From Paraphysomonas bandaiensis (Eukaryota > Protista > Chrysophyceae): a stretch of DNA of 64,000 nucleotides. A program made the translations under genes and the position numbers. The stretch spans positions 1-64,000 of the forward strand of contig CBFFRP010000133.1 of assembly GCA_965644295.1 (NCBI GenBank), read 5' to 3'. The notes below the pieces were generated by a model. That model was not told where the DNA came from. It saw only the letters and a list, made by a program, of their open reading frames with translations, and searched no databases. Positions within the stretch are counted from its first letter, which is position 1; the number at the start of each line of letters is the position of its first letter. Below, in pieces: positions 37,301 through 50,562 of this stretch.

Positions 37301-38443
37301 TTAGCTCCTAAATAGCACGTGCTGGCTGGCGTCATCAACTACTCCATTAACTTGTGTTTCACTTCGGGCAACTTCAACAGACGCATCGCCAGTGTCACCG
37401 TTTGTGGTATGAGGTGTGACATCCAAATTTTCTGACTCACTGCGTGTGGTGGAGTCTACGACGTTTCCCTCGTTACTATCCACTGTGACAACTTGAATGT
37501 CGTCATCAGAACCAGGAGGCACATCTATGATTCCGCGGTAATTTCTTTCAGGATTTTCCATGTCGTATTGTTCAGCTATCTCTTTGATATCGTCAATGAT
37601 TTTTGGATCAATATTTGATACATCAGAATCATGCACCAAATGTTGCTCTGCTTCACTGCGAGTCATATCTTCAGCATCACCATCCTGGTATATAACCTGC
37701 AACACCAACACTATTATATAATCTCAGTACATCATGAATACATACGTAGATACATAGATACACGGTCACCAATACATAACATGTAGCAATACATTATAGG
37801 TTAGTCTGAATTACATCACATCACACCTTACAGAATATATACAGTAATACATCTAGTTCCGTACCTTATACCATGGCTTTGCATAGCTAACAATCACACC
37901 ATAAAAATATCCATACTTCCCAAAATCTTTTACAATATATTTTCCGAGTAATGATTGAGATAGTAATACAGGGGCAATATTAGTATCATGAGATGTCCCT
38001 CCTGAGGGTTTAATAGCAGATTTTGCAGAAATTTCTTTTAATTCTTCAATTTGAGATTCACATTTTTGTTTATAAAAATCTCTGTTTTTTGTGACAGCCA
38101 TTAAATTTTCTTTCATACTTCTAATATCTGCTTCAAGTTTTTCTGTTTGAGCAATTTCATTAACTAAAAAATCTTGTAAAGCATTCATTTTTTTTGTTTC
38201 TTTCTTTTCTTTTTGTTTCAGTTCTTCAATTTCTGATTCATATTGAAATAAAATTTCATTTGATTGAAGTATACGATTTTTGAATTGTTCAACATATGAA
38301 GTTAATGTTTGAGATGCTTGTAGTGTTTCAGTATGATGATTTTCATGATTTGTTTTTGTTCGATCATATAGTAAATTAATACATTCAAAGGCTTTATTTG
38401 TTTGCTGTATTAATTCATCATCTTCACGGGCTCGTTTTGACAT
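37301..38443 (-). CDS. Coiled-coil protein with PTM/DIR17-like Tudor domain; 2 exons
   Basis: LLGKYIVKDFGKYGYFYGVIVSY..PWYKVIYQDGDAEDM spans intron 37697-37864. Confidence 0.75.
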
Positions 38444-38538
38444 CTTTATATGTGGTGCAGATCGCTGGTATTTGGGTTAGTTAGCACATGCTGTCATAGG
38501 GAGGTAGTGATCAATTGTAGCACGAAGTCAACTGCTGT

Positions 38539-38970
38539 ACATACATACATACCTACATACATACCTACATACATACCTACATACACACATACACACATAC
38601 ATACATACCTACATACATACATACATACATACATACATACATACATACATACATACATACATACATACATACATACATACATACATACATACATACATAC
38701 ATACATACATACATACATACATACATACATACCTACATACATACATACCTACATACATACCTACATACACACATACATACATACATACGTACATACATAC
38801 ATACAGTACATACATACATACATACATACATACATACATACATACATACATACATACAGTACATACATACATACATACATACATACATACATACATACAT
38901 ACATACATACATACATACATACGTACATACATACCTACCTACCTACCTACATACATACAGACATACAGAC
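38539..38970. repeat. (CATA)n microsatellite between divergent genes
   Basis: Direct reading of the sequence. Confidence 0.97.
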
Positions 38971-39225
38971 AGAGAGACAGTATTATTTGTGTACTCACTT
39001 CTACCGTACCGTATTACTTCCACATCTTGTAAAATATACAAAACTGAAACATAGTATGTCTGTTCAAGGTTCATTCGAGGATGTTAAACTGAAAACGAGA
39101 CGTTACATCACTGATGATGTGCTGATATGATATGCAGCAATAGCACTCTATCTGACTATATATATATATATATAACTTACCACAGTTGCTATTGATACTG
39201 CGTGCATTCCAGACGAGTTGATATA

Positions 39226-40245
39226 ATGGAGTTGCACAATATTGAAAAGGTTAGCCCATTGAGTGGATATACTCTGAATATAGAAGAAATTTCTGGGCTG
39301 GAAGTGGCTATGCTTCAAAGGAAACGAGAGGAAAACTTACCTGGAAAGCTTCTCTTTTGGGGTAAAATATTTGGGGCAACACAAGACTATTTGGTGGTAC
39401 TCTATATTGATTCTTCGGATGAGTTTCCTGTGAAGAAGTATTACTATTGGTATGTAATTATGGACTAATTAGATGTTTTGCCTCATCCTGTTACAGTACA
39501 ACTTCAGATTACACATTAAGAGCAGCTCCTCAGTTATCCGCTGAATATGAGAGTCAAGCAGAAGGCATCACTTCGCAGTTTACTGGTGATCCGTCATTCA
39601 TGGCATACAATGGCGAGGAGCCGGAGGAACCAGCTGATCCCGATGACCCAGATGCACCTCCTCCAAAGGAAGTGTTCCGTGAAGTTCACAGACTATCCTT
39701 CATCATCAAGGTAGAGTTATCTTGAATTCTAGTAGTATTAATAGTAAGGCTATGTATAACAGCAAATTGATCACGACTGCTCTGTAATTCCGAGAGGGGC
39801 TCTTGTTGTGGATGCCACTAAGAAGGTCATTTTCAACAATTACTACTCCGGCCTAAGCTACCACACGTCTGCTGAACTGAGGGCATACTATCACTTTCGC
39901 TTCCCTGAAAATCCTCAGGGAATAGCAGCTATGAAGAAACCAGGAATAATCAAGGCAGATTTCTTGGACTGTATCACCAAGGATGTTCCCACAGGTACCT
40001 ACGCATTCAAGCATGCCTGTGTGTGTACGTGCCACATATATACTTGTTGATAGAAAGGTACAACTGCTAATGTAATTTGCGTAGAAATGTGGACAGTTTC
40101 TCACAATAGTTCCGGTACTGCGTCTTACATTCGAAATCTCTACTGGGAAGGCTACAATTTCTATGCCATGATAGGGACATCCGAGTATGGAGGAGCGTAC
40201 TTCGGTTCTGGTGTTCCTAATTTGGACCTAGCATTCATGCTGTAA
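39226..40245 (+). CDS. RSPH9: Radial spoke head protein 9; 4 exons
   Basis: LFWGKIFGATQDYLV, FTGDPS, REVHRL, IDHDCSVIPRGA, RNLYWEG and YFGSG..NLDLAFML; introns 39450-39496, 39711-39762 and 39995-40084. Confidence 0.92.
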
Positions 40246-40682
40246 AGACAGAAATACATTTGATTTCGGGTTAAGTGTGACGCCTGTTGACGTATAGTAG
40301 AAAAGTATCTATTTATAGTAGTTGAAGTAGCAATTGGCAGTTTATTTATGTATATCTGAGAAACAACATGGTGGTAAATGAAGTACGAACTTCCCTTGAT
40401 CCTTCTGAAATCATATTACTTTTAGTTTGTCTGCAATGTACGCCATTTTTAGAAGTCATTACCCCCAAGTTTCTATGGTTTTATATATAGTACCATATAC
40501 CATATTTACATTATACATGTCCCTATACCGCACTATGACTACGTAATACTTAACGCTGAAAGGTATATTCATTAGAAGTTAAATTAACAGTTTATTTTAT
40601 TTACCTCTCTAGCGCTCAAGCTCTATTATTAATTCTACTTCTGTTTAAATCTATGGTTACGACGATACGACACACATCAGTA

Positions 40683-40804
40683 CAGGTCCTGGTAACCATT
40701 AATGGTAATGCCATTATAATTGCCGGGACATTTTTCATTAATGCCATTATAATTGTCGGGAACTGGACTACAATTAATGGGCCATTAATGGGTATCAGGC
40801 CCTG
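40683..40804. mobile_element. 122-bp hAT-like MITE with 8-bp TSD
   Basis: CAGGTCCTG...CAGGCCCTG imperfect TIRs; CATCAGTA at 40675-40682 and 40805-40812; a related right end finishes at 42375. Confidence 0.85.
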
Positions 40805-42404
40805 CATCAGTACTCAGTACTAGTTCAATAAACACAACATTTAAATATGGTACTATCAGCAATACTACATACTTCTTGAGATATTATTTAGAATTTACTT
40901 GCACAGTTTTAGAGTTGAGTTTAGCTAGAGAAGAAACCACTATATATGAGATACTCATATACACTCCCTCATCAAAGTCGGACTCGCACCTTTTCGTGGT
41001 GTTCTGGGGTATAAGTTCCGGATACCGGAGATATATCTCCGACAAACTAACGTGAGCCAAATATACGGTCAGAAAATAATTTTCTGTCCGCCCATATAGC
41101 CAAATGCTTGTGTGATACAAGGAACACCAATGAGTGTCACTTGTGTAGACGTCTGTGGGCCTTGGCAAATGCATCCGGGAATGGGCCCACCTCAAGAGCC
41201 TGATGTAGTCAAGCATCCGGACTGTCAGCAGATGTCAAGTATCTCAATATTCTGCTTGCTCACTGCGTTTGATTTGAGTGATAGAGCACAAGCAGCTTTC
41301 GTAGCGATAAAAGTAGGAGATCGGAGTTCAGCACTGACTCTTAAAGGTCTACTGCTAATAATAAGATATTCACTGCTAAGATACACCAAGTGTATATAAT
41401 ATATACCATATAACAGAGCTATATGGAACAATATACCTCAATTCTATCGTTACAATACGTTCCATTAAATTCACATGCCTATATACCATTATTAATACGT
41501 TAGTACTAAGACTACATGATATATGTCTACTAAGTAATTGATACCTACCGCTTACCAAATCAAAATATTCTTTATATACATTTCTGAGAAATCACCAGTG
41601 ACGTCATCACCACCACATGAATTAAAAATTTAATACTAGATGTACTTGCATATCAATGTATTGAAAGTCTTTTTATTTAGCAATAGGCGTTAGAAACCTG
41701 TACCAATATAGTGGCTAGTGGTATGCTAGATCTACTAGTTAGACCTCTACCCATAACTAATCAGCACAAATTCTATTATCCTACTATTTAGCGCTACAGA
41801 AGCTGCTTGTGCGTCGCAGCAAGCACCAAGGTGCAACCACTTCCGTTCTTAATGTTGTTTGTGAGTTTCGTCCTGCTTGCATATCAATGTCATGATGAAC
41901 TGACTAGGTGTGATCAAAATATATATTAAGTAATATGCTTTTGGTATGAGGTAGTAGAATAAGGTTGTCGTTAGAGTATTTGTCATAAAAGACGTTGGTA
42001 CCATACAATTGAATTAAGAATACTGAGCTAATCTGCTACTGATGCACTGCTCGTGTTTACTGCATATTTTCAATGATTTTTTAGAGTTTTTTGGATATAT
42101 GAGTACGTTGTTATGCATATTGCCCAGGAAACTATTCTCTAACTCTATAGAGCATGAAGAAGATAATAAACAAAGTTACCACAAAGTATCTGTAGAGTTG
42201 CATGAACACTGTTGTCTAAAATTGTTTAGAGTTTCTTCGGATAGAGGACAGAGGAGATACTACATAATACCACTCAGTTCTATATGTAGCGGATATCAAG
42301 TACCAGTACATGTCATTAATGGGATGCCAATAATGGTCTATTAATTCCATTACTATTAACGGTTACCAGGCCCTGCTGTATATTTCAGGCATATACCTAG
42401 CAAT

Positions 42405-42789
42405 GGGATATATTATTCAACCTAGTCAATTTGGTGGAATTTCCTAGTCATTCCATTTTCGGTGTAAAAACCTAGTCAAAGCCATAAATGACTCAACCTA
42501 GCCAAATATAGTATTAAACCTAGTCGTTCTTATATCCATTGATTACACATTGTGACTGTCTAAGATACGCGCACACACCACACAACATATTGATGGCTCG
42601 GAGAGCATCACAATGCTCCCACGTTTGACTAGGTGAATACCCTATTCCACCTAGTCAACCTAGTCATTGTAAAGTTAAAAATCTAATTATTTAATGACTA
42701 GGTTTTTCAACCTTTTGACTAGGTTTTTACTCCAATTTTGGTGTGACTAGGAAATTCCACCAAATTGACTAGGTCGAAAAATAGATCCC
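42405..42789. mobile_element. 385-bp Mutator-like MITE with 10-bp TSD
   Basis: Long TIRs GGGAT.TATT.TTC.ACCTAGTCAATTTGGTGGAATTTCCTAGTCA; ACCTAGCAAT at 42395-42404 and 42790-42799. Confidence 0.9.
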
Positions 42790-43329
42790 ACCTAGCAATG
42801 CATTGTATAATACTTTCCTTGTTGAAATAGAAAGAGCTACAAAATGTCTATACAAGGTATTGTAGATGAAAAGTAAATAGAATTACGATATAAAAACAAA
42901 ATCATTTATAAATTTTAGATTTCAAGTGACTACATCTGTGAAATGTGTAATTGTTGTAATCTAGTTCACAGGGCTTGATATTTAAACTGAAAAAATGATC
43001 ATATCGGTTGAGTCAGATGATGCTAAATTTTGTGACAGTGTTGCGCTACAACGAATAGTACTTGGTGTTCAACACTTATTTCTCCACTCGGAATGTTGTG
43101 TATTATAAAATAGAATATTTAGTAATCTACTGTAGCAACCCCATTCTCGACAAATAATTCGCAGTTACTTAGTAGTAAATTGAACACATAACACATCGCG
43201 CAGCATATATCGGAATTCTAAGTATGTATAATAACATATTAGACTGCCGAACTCATAAATATTTGTTAATCATTTTTTTTGACGTTGTGTACATAACACA
43301 GTACACATGTTATACTGCGGATGATAAAC

Positions 43330-43707
43330 TCAAGCGCAGCAGCACGACTTTTTAGCATCACAATCAGGGGTCCTTGCCGAATCAGGACAGTTGTTAGGGT
43401 CACGATTAGGAGCTTCACAACAGAACTCATGATCTCCATTGCACTGTTCCTGAGACTCCTTTAATACCTTCTCTTCTAAGAAGGCACAGCAGCAAGAGTT
43501 CTTTGCATCACAATCTGGTGTCCTAGCTGATGGAGGACAGTTGTTTGGATCACCATTTGGGGCTTCACAACAAAATTCATGATCTCCATTGCACTGTGAC
43601 ATGACATTATCTTTGAAGGCATACGGCAGTTGTGATGTTAGATTCTGAGCACCAAAAGCCAATTGAAACGATGCCAAAATAACCACAAGAAAAGATTTGT
43701 AAAACAT
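43330..43707 (-). CDS. Small secreted cysteine-rich precursor (125 aa) with two tandem 8-Cys modules
   Basis: Signal peptide MFYKSFLVVILASFQLAFG; two copies of C-x6-CC-x9-C-x8-C-x5-CCC-A that differ at many synonymous positions. Confidence 0.8.
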   Translation of the reverse strand: MFYKSFLVVILASFQLAFGAQNLTSQLPYAFKDNVMSQCNGDHEFCCEAPNGDPNNCPPSARTPDCDAKNSCCCAFLEEKVLKESQEQCNGDHEFCCEAPNRDPNNCPDSARTPDCDAKKSCCCA

Positions 43708-44001
43708 TTTAATCAGATTGAGTGAATATGAAATGGAATGTATGATATGTGGTAGATCATCGTGATAATGATCAGTGTGGTGTGGAGATTGCAAGAAGAT
43801 GAGCGATATGATCCAGCGTAGGTATGTTGAACGTGACGATGGACAGTGGGGCGTATCGGCATCCTTTGTATTTTTTTGTTCATAGATGCCTCTTATATTG
43901 AGACAATAATTATATGTATTCCAGCCGTAGTTGTATTGCTGTAATATAGAGAATATTTGCTTCAATTTATTCCCGAAAATGAGAAGCTGACTGCCCATAC
44001 T

Positions 44002-44140
44002 GTCGATCCAGCGGAATATGTCGATCCAGCAAAAAATCCAGGCTTTTTTGGTGCATGTTGTTTTTTGACGAATATATTTCAGAGAAATAACGAAAAAAGG
44101 TCGATTTTTTTGCTGGATCGACATATTCTGCTGGATCGAC
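44002..44140. repeat. Short inverted-repeat unit; its left arm also occurs at about 33320-33388
   Basis: gtcgatccagcggaatatgtcgatccagcaaaaaat ... atttttttgctggatcgacatattctgctggatcgac. Confidence 0.8.
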
Positions 44141-44594
44141 TTCCCACAGACGGAACTATATTTCTAGAAATCCCTGATATTTTAAATTGTACCGCATGTC
44201 ACGAGGAACCTTCTTGTACTTCTGTATTACATACTTCCCCAAACCTACGACAGTAGTACAGTACAAAAATATTCTCCTGTACGCTATACGCTAATAACAG
44301 TACCAGGAGTACAGACTGACTCTACTCTGCTGACTGTACCTGTACTCTCGTTATGAGAAATAGTTTGCCTATGGTACAGACCGTTGTCATATCGAGAGTG
44401 CACTGTACTGTGTACACTGTGCACTCTGCAGCAGTACGTATAGCAGTATATATAACGCACCCTAAACATACATATACACATACATACATATATAATCAAC
44501 AGCCATCTCCATCCACACTACTAAACAACAACAACCCACTCATTCTATCACATACCACATCCTCACATCATTCTTATTCAATTATCATACTTTA

Positions 44595-46265
44595 ATGTTG
44601 AAATCTCTTCTTCTCATCTCATTATTAACTGCCTTTAGTAGCATCTATATACGATACACATTACAAGACACACATACATACATACACATGATTCTATTCA
44701 TTGATAATCTATTTCATTATTTTTATAATGAATATGAATTTAATTTAAAATCTAATCGATATTTAAATCATAATTTTGCACCAGTTTTAGATGAGAATTA
44801 TAATATTCATGCACCTGTCATTAGTGGCAGTATACCCAGTGAAGTTAATGGTTTATATATGCGTATTGGACCGAATCCAATCCCTCATCATATTGGTATG
44901 AAAGGATATCACTGGTTTGATGGTCATGGAATGATTCATTCATTAAGAATTATTAATGGGAATGTATCTTATTCGAATCAATATGTTGAGACTCCCCGAT
45001 ATCGTATTGAAAGAGACTTTGATAGACAAGTGTTTCCTCTTGTTGGTGAGTTTAAAGGTATTATCGGAGTTGTTAAAATGATTTGGAGTCATCTTTCGAA
45101 TAAATTAGCGCTCTTTAATTTGACTATTATTACAATGGGCACTGCCAATACTGCAATCGTGCAGTATCAAAATAGACTCTATGCATGTCACGAAGCCAGT
45201 CTACCGTTTGAAATACAATGGCAAAACAACAATTCTTTTATTTCTCTAGGATATAGAGATTGGAATGGTGTGCTGAATTCACCTGTGAATGCACACGCCA
45301 AAGTAGACCCTCGTGACGGTAATATGTATTTTGTCGGATACGCACCACAACCTGGTAGCAGTAGCGTGTCGTATGGTGTCATCAGAGGGAATGATGTACT
45401 TTCCTATGTCCATTTGAATCTTCCCGAAACGCCCTGGATACACGATATGATGATAACAGAGAATTATATATTGCTCTTCGTTGGCTCTGTTACTTTATCT
45501 CCTGCTGGTGTTATTAAAGATTCGTTGTTTCACTTTGATGACGACACGTCTTTTAAAATTGGTGTAGCTCACAAATTAGGTCGGGATGTTAAAGCAAGAA
45601 GTACAGATGGTTCAGATATATATAGGAGTGATACTATTCAGTGGTTTGAAGCTCCGGGTGCAGCGGTTATTTTGCATGCGTGCAATGCTTGGGAAGAAGG
45701 GAATAAAATCATCTTATGGACTCCCTTGGCAGATTACTTTGACGGTACATTACAGCAGAATAGAAATGTGTTTCACATGACGAAGTTGACCCTTGATCTA
45801 GATAGCGGCCGCATGTCTCGGGGAACGTTAGCGAGGACTCATAACATTGAATTTCCACGCGTGCATCCCTATTTTATTGGCATTCCATCAAGGTTCGGAT
45901 TTGCTGGGGTAATGAACGGGAAAGGAGACGCCTCTTTTGAGGGGTTTGTCAAATTTGATTTTTTTTCGAAGGAGATTGTTAACGAAGTTAAGTTTAGAGA
46001 AGGTGTCATTGGGGGGGAGTTGGTTCCTATTTCCAAGCGAAATCCTGTTGTGTCGGATGACTCTGATGGGTCAGATTCAGTATATCTAGCGACATTTTTG
46101 TACGATACAGTATATAATGGCACTGAGTGGGTGGTCTATGATGGGTATAGTATGTCCTCTGACCCTATAGTTCGGGTTAGAGTGCCGAGAAGGGTACCTT
46201 TTGGATTCCATGGACATTGGGTACCTGAGGATGATTTGCAGAGTCATATGAGTGATAGTGTATAA
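44595..46265 (+). CDS. Carotenoid cleavage dioxygenase (RPE65/CCD family), intronless
   Basis: NFAPV, RIGPNP, YHWFDGHGMIH, GTANT; four Fe-binding His in AHAK, IHD, LHA and PFGFHG; EFPR. Confidence 0.93.
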   Translation: MLKSLLLISLLTAFSSIYIRYTLQDTHTYIHMILFIDNLFHYFYNEYEFNLKSNRYLNHNFAPVLDENYNIHAPVISGSIPSEVNGLYMRIGPNPIPHHIGMKGYHWFDGHGMIHSLRIINGNVSYSNQYVETPRYRIERDFDRQVFPLVGEFKGIIGVVKMIWSHLSNKLALFNLTIITMGTANTAIVQYQNRLYACHEASLPFEIQWQNNNSFISLGYRDWNGVLNSPVNAHAKVDPRDGNMYFVGYAPQPGSSSVSYGVIRGNDVLSYVHLNLPETPWIHDMMITENYILLFVGSVTLSPAGVIKDSLFHFDDDTSFKIGVAHKLGRDVKARSTDGSDIYRSDTIQWFEAPGAAVILHACNAWEEGNKIILWTPLADYFDGTLQQNRNVFHMTKLTLDLDSGRMSRGTLARTHNIEFPRVHPYFIGIPSRFGFAGVMNGKGDASFEGFVKFDFFSKEIVNEVKFREGVIGGELVPISKRNPVVSDDSDGSDSVYLATFLYDTVYNGTEWVVYDGYSMSSDPIVRVRVPRRVPFGFHGHWVPEDDLQSHMSDSV

Positions 46266-46667
46266 TGCATACTTTGACTCCTGTATATCCCTCTATGTTA
46301 TTGTGTTACTCCTCGAGGAGCATTTTATCTTTGTTCGACAGCGTGAAACACTCTTCCCACGATAAGATTTTTTAATATTGTAGATATAGACTGGACAGCT
46401 AGGGCTTGTATATCAATGCTTTGTGTACTCTTTATCAGTGGTTATAGTGTGAAGTCAGTGTGGGATTTTCTAAATTATGACATCGAGTTCACTATACGAC
46501 GTATAAGCAGTTTGGAGTATGCCACAGTTTATTAGCATGCACTGCGTAGGTTTTAGAGGAGTCGACGATACACATCAATTGTGTTATATAACGGGATTTT
46601 GGTGCTTGATGCGAGACTAGCGAATGTATAGCTATTTTACTCTTACAATATCTTAGTTAACACAACG

Positions 46668-46755
46668 GGAAATATTATTCAACTTCGTCAAATTGGTTGA
46701 ATTACCTCGTAACACTAATTTTGGTTCACATACCCAGTCAAAAAGTAATAAATGA
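46668..46755. mobile_element. Degenerate left-end fragment of the Mutator-like MITE family
   Basis: gggaaatattattcaacttcgtcaaattggttgaattacc resembles the TIR starting at 42405. Confidence 0.55.
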
Positions 46756-48322
46756 TATTCAAAATTCAAACCACACAGGGATACTTGACAGAAGTGTTCT
46801 ATATGATTTGCTGATTCGTGTGATCAGGGCTACATATGACAATATACTAAGTTTCAATTAACTGTCAACTATTGAAATAGAGACTGCAATACAACTACAA
46901 TGATTCAAGTGCGTATATTGGCAAAATTACTCTAGGAGTTTCAACATGTGAGAGGAGAATTATGCATTTCGATGGGATGCTGGAAATATCTTCATTGACG
47001 TGCAACAAATTTGCTACTTTTGGTAATAACAAGAACCGACGTCAAAGTTGTTCAGTAGGTTCTACTTTGCTGTAGAGTGCAGGATAAAGATGATGTAGAC
47101 TTGGACATATAGATTGCACTGCTGAATCACTGGGTGATAATTTGTTCGATGAAATACAGTTGATTGAATATAATTTCAACGCAATAGAATTTATTTCGGG
47201 AGACAAGTTGTAATCCCAAATTGGCACGTTTAATGGCCGTAATTAGATATTTAGGCCTAGTTTTTGCACAATGGCTGTTACATTGATTGACGAACTCATT
47301 ACAAGACACCCAACTGACGAGCGGCAGTGCAGCTATTACAAAACAATGAAAATATTTTCGCTCCTTTTATACGAAGAAGATGACGATTCGAGTGAGTGTC
47401 TTGTTCAGAATATGTTAGTACAGCGCAGTGTTTGCTTGATGATAACAGGCAGCGGAGTCGAGCACGCCATAACAAGCAAACACGGTACCGCAGCGTTAAG
47501 CACTGTCATACCACACCCAATACTCGACAATAGAAGTGCCTGCTTCATGGTGTTTGTAATTCACACTTTCATTGTTTATGTACGACATAATAGATAGTAT
47601 GTTTGGGAAAAGTAATGATAGCTCCAGTAAAGCAAATAACACTGTGTATGTATATCCAGCGTAACTACATGATGGATTATAATATATCGTATGCATTGTT
47701 CAGAGCTGCAATGATTCTGCAATATATTAAAGTCATTACTTTCTAAGGTGAATATAGTTCAACTTTAAAGAAGGTAAAGACACAAACAGCCTTTCCTAAT
47801 AATTTATTCATTTTGTTTATCCATGGGAAGTTGTCGACCGGTAGGAATCACAATCCACTAATGTTGTAGTTGTTTAAGCTTTAAACCAATGTAATGACTG
47901 CTCTATAATTGCTGATACACTAGAATCATTTTGGTGCAGGTTTTTAACGCCTATTGCTAAGTAATAAGACTTTTAATATATCACTAGAATACTTTTTTCG
48001 TGTGGTCTAAATTTATTATTGTTTGACTTAGAAGGTGTCTGCAATTGTATTAATTGGTTCTCAAAAATTAGAAAACAATGTCATAATTTCTCTGTCGTTT
48101 ATATATTAATTGCATGGAATCAATGAACTATTACTATAAATTCGTTCTGCCTTCGCACTATTGCCAGCCACAGATTACCGGCTTACATTTCCATTAACAT
48201 ACACTACTACAAATCGTCACTATAACACACAATGGTATGATGATATGATAGTTAGAAGAGCTAAGCCGAAGGGCAACCACGCAACAACAACTCCGCAATA
48301 AGCTACAAGGTGTAAGATATGG

Positions 48323-50075
48323 CTATACCACATCTGACGCGGTGATATCAATACCTATATCAGACAGGGCACTTTGATACATCGTTTTTTTCGGACGCAT
48401 CAGCACTCGTCTCCTAGAGCAGCATTGGATGGGCGTTCGAGTTCCATTAAAATGCTTAGCTACAGACACCCAATCAATGCTACCATCCTTTCGGGTGTTC
48501 TTTTCTGCCACCTCTAGTAAAAATTTGTCCTGTAAAGAATACAATGGCAATGATTAGATTTAGTGGAATTACATAGAATTCTGTATATATTTACCTCACT
48601 GGGTTCAAAAGGAGTGGTTAGGTGCCCAGTTTCCGTATATCGAAGAGTCTTCGACCACCTCAATCTGCAAATATACATAAGTTAGCAAAAAGCGCTCACA
48701 TTACTACAGTTGTGCCGCGTACACGTTGACACGCATACAGCTCGGGAGCCATACATATTGTATAGAGACCATACAAGAGTGAATATACGCAAAAGACTTA
48801 AATTTCGCATATATTCTGCAGAGTAAATATCTACCTGCACTGTTCTGGGGATCTAGTTTTCCCCATTAACTCAGACACCTTCACCCAGTCCAGACCCCCT
48901 CTTGGCCCTTTACCGTCACATTCGCTGATGGCTCTCCGCAAGTTATCATCCTGCATAACATCAGTAAAACATTTCACAGTACTTTTCGCTGACGACTAAA
49001 TTAATGTTTCTGCTCAGATGTCTTCCAAACAATGGGAGTAGGCAAATGATCCAGAGAATATGACTTCAGCGACATCATCACTTACCTCCTCTGGTGTAAA
49101 TTTGGTGCAACGGAGAGGGTTATCACAATATTTCAAACAGCTGTTCCACCTCTCAACACACTGTCTTCTATTTAGCTCGCCACCCATAGCCTCCACTACC
49201 TACGTTTCCCCATTACACCATTACAAATATATAACTGCCTTTGATATAGGGAAAGCTCAGTATATTCATTCACCGCGCCAATAGATGACCAGAATTATCA
49301 TTGAACACCCATTCATATAAGGAGGTAACACCTACCTTATTCCATATAATTTTATCGTTCACTTGGTTCGCTTCCACGGCAGCACGGAGTCGATTATCCT
49401 ACCCACACAATAAAGATGGAATTGTCAGAACAATGACAGTAGTGATGCCATTCCAAGACAAATATTGAACGGATCATCAAAGTACAGTAATTAACAAACG
49501 TCAACATATTCAGGACTGATCTTACCATGTCTTCCGACCATACTTTTCTCGAATGTCCAGAATACGGCTACAAAACAGAGCATCAGTATTAACATAATAC
49601 AAACACACTCCTACTCATATCAACACACAAACCGAATCCACTCTAGACTAATTCATCTATTGCATACCTACACAAATATATATATAACAGATGACATCTC
49701 GACACATACATATATATATATGTATATAGAACATATCACACATCATATCTACACACATATGTATATATAACAGATGAGACACCATCTCTACACACATACA
49801 CATATCTATCTATCTATCTACAGCACCTTTACGTCTCCATTCGACGATGTATTCGAGCCAATCACTGTATTCGCTGTAGTATTTAACGAGTATTGTAATG
49901 AAGCAATAATCATCTTATTTTTTTCTTTAATATCACATAATTCAGTCCAGTATCTTCTAGTGATCTCCTCTGATTCAGATAGTTTTAATCGTAATATACG
50001 TAGCTCTTCTTCTGCACTATCAAGACTTCGTTTCTCTCTATGAGAAGGTAAAGATGATCCACTTGTATCGTCCAT
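48323..50075 (-). CDS. Three-repeat Myb/SANT DNA-binding protein with N-terminal coiled coil; about 7-8 short exons
   Basis: Spliced WSEDMDNRL...IIWNKV...QCVERW, FTPEEDDNL...DWVKV...RSPEQCRLRW and FEPSEDKFL...DWVSVA...RTPIQC; a possible 15-nt micro-exon near 49633-49647 is uncertain. Confidence 0.8.
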
Positions 50076-50562
50076 GATGAGAGATACCCCTGTATTAGTA
50101 TGTGTTTGGTTTAGATAATTGAGAGGTTGAGTTATGACTGCTGTGCAGCTAAATGACTGTGACTTGTGGTTAATATACATATACATACACATACATACAT
50201 AGAGAGAGAGGCGTACAGCAGTGTATACAGCAGCAGCGGTACATGTATATGTATGTATATGTATATGCAGCATATTTAAAATCGAACTCTACCGACTATA
50301 ATACAGTGAAATATACTGTAATAATACTATACTATAAATCATCCAATCATATCCCTTATAGGATAATTGATTCGACACATGTATATATATACATATATAC
50401 AGCAGTAGCATCTATGCATATATATATACACCATACAGAGACGCATATCGTTCTCTATAACTTCATATACTTAACAATACACACCATATCCCTCTGCTAT
50501 AGTGAACAACCAACTTCTTTCAATTAAAAGTTGGCTTGACCACTTCCAATAGTCACCGTATA

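Noticed and set aside
43708-44124. N-terminal 139 aa of the 264-aa ORF
   Set aside because: Overlaps dispersed repeats; the signal peptide begins at 43707
47271-47597. 108-aa plus-strand ORF
   Set aside because: No motifs, no supportable exon structure, and lies in a repeat-rich convergent gap
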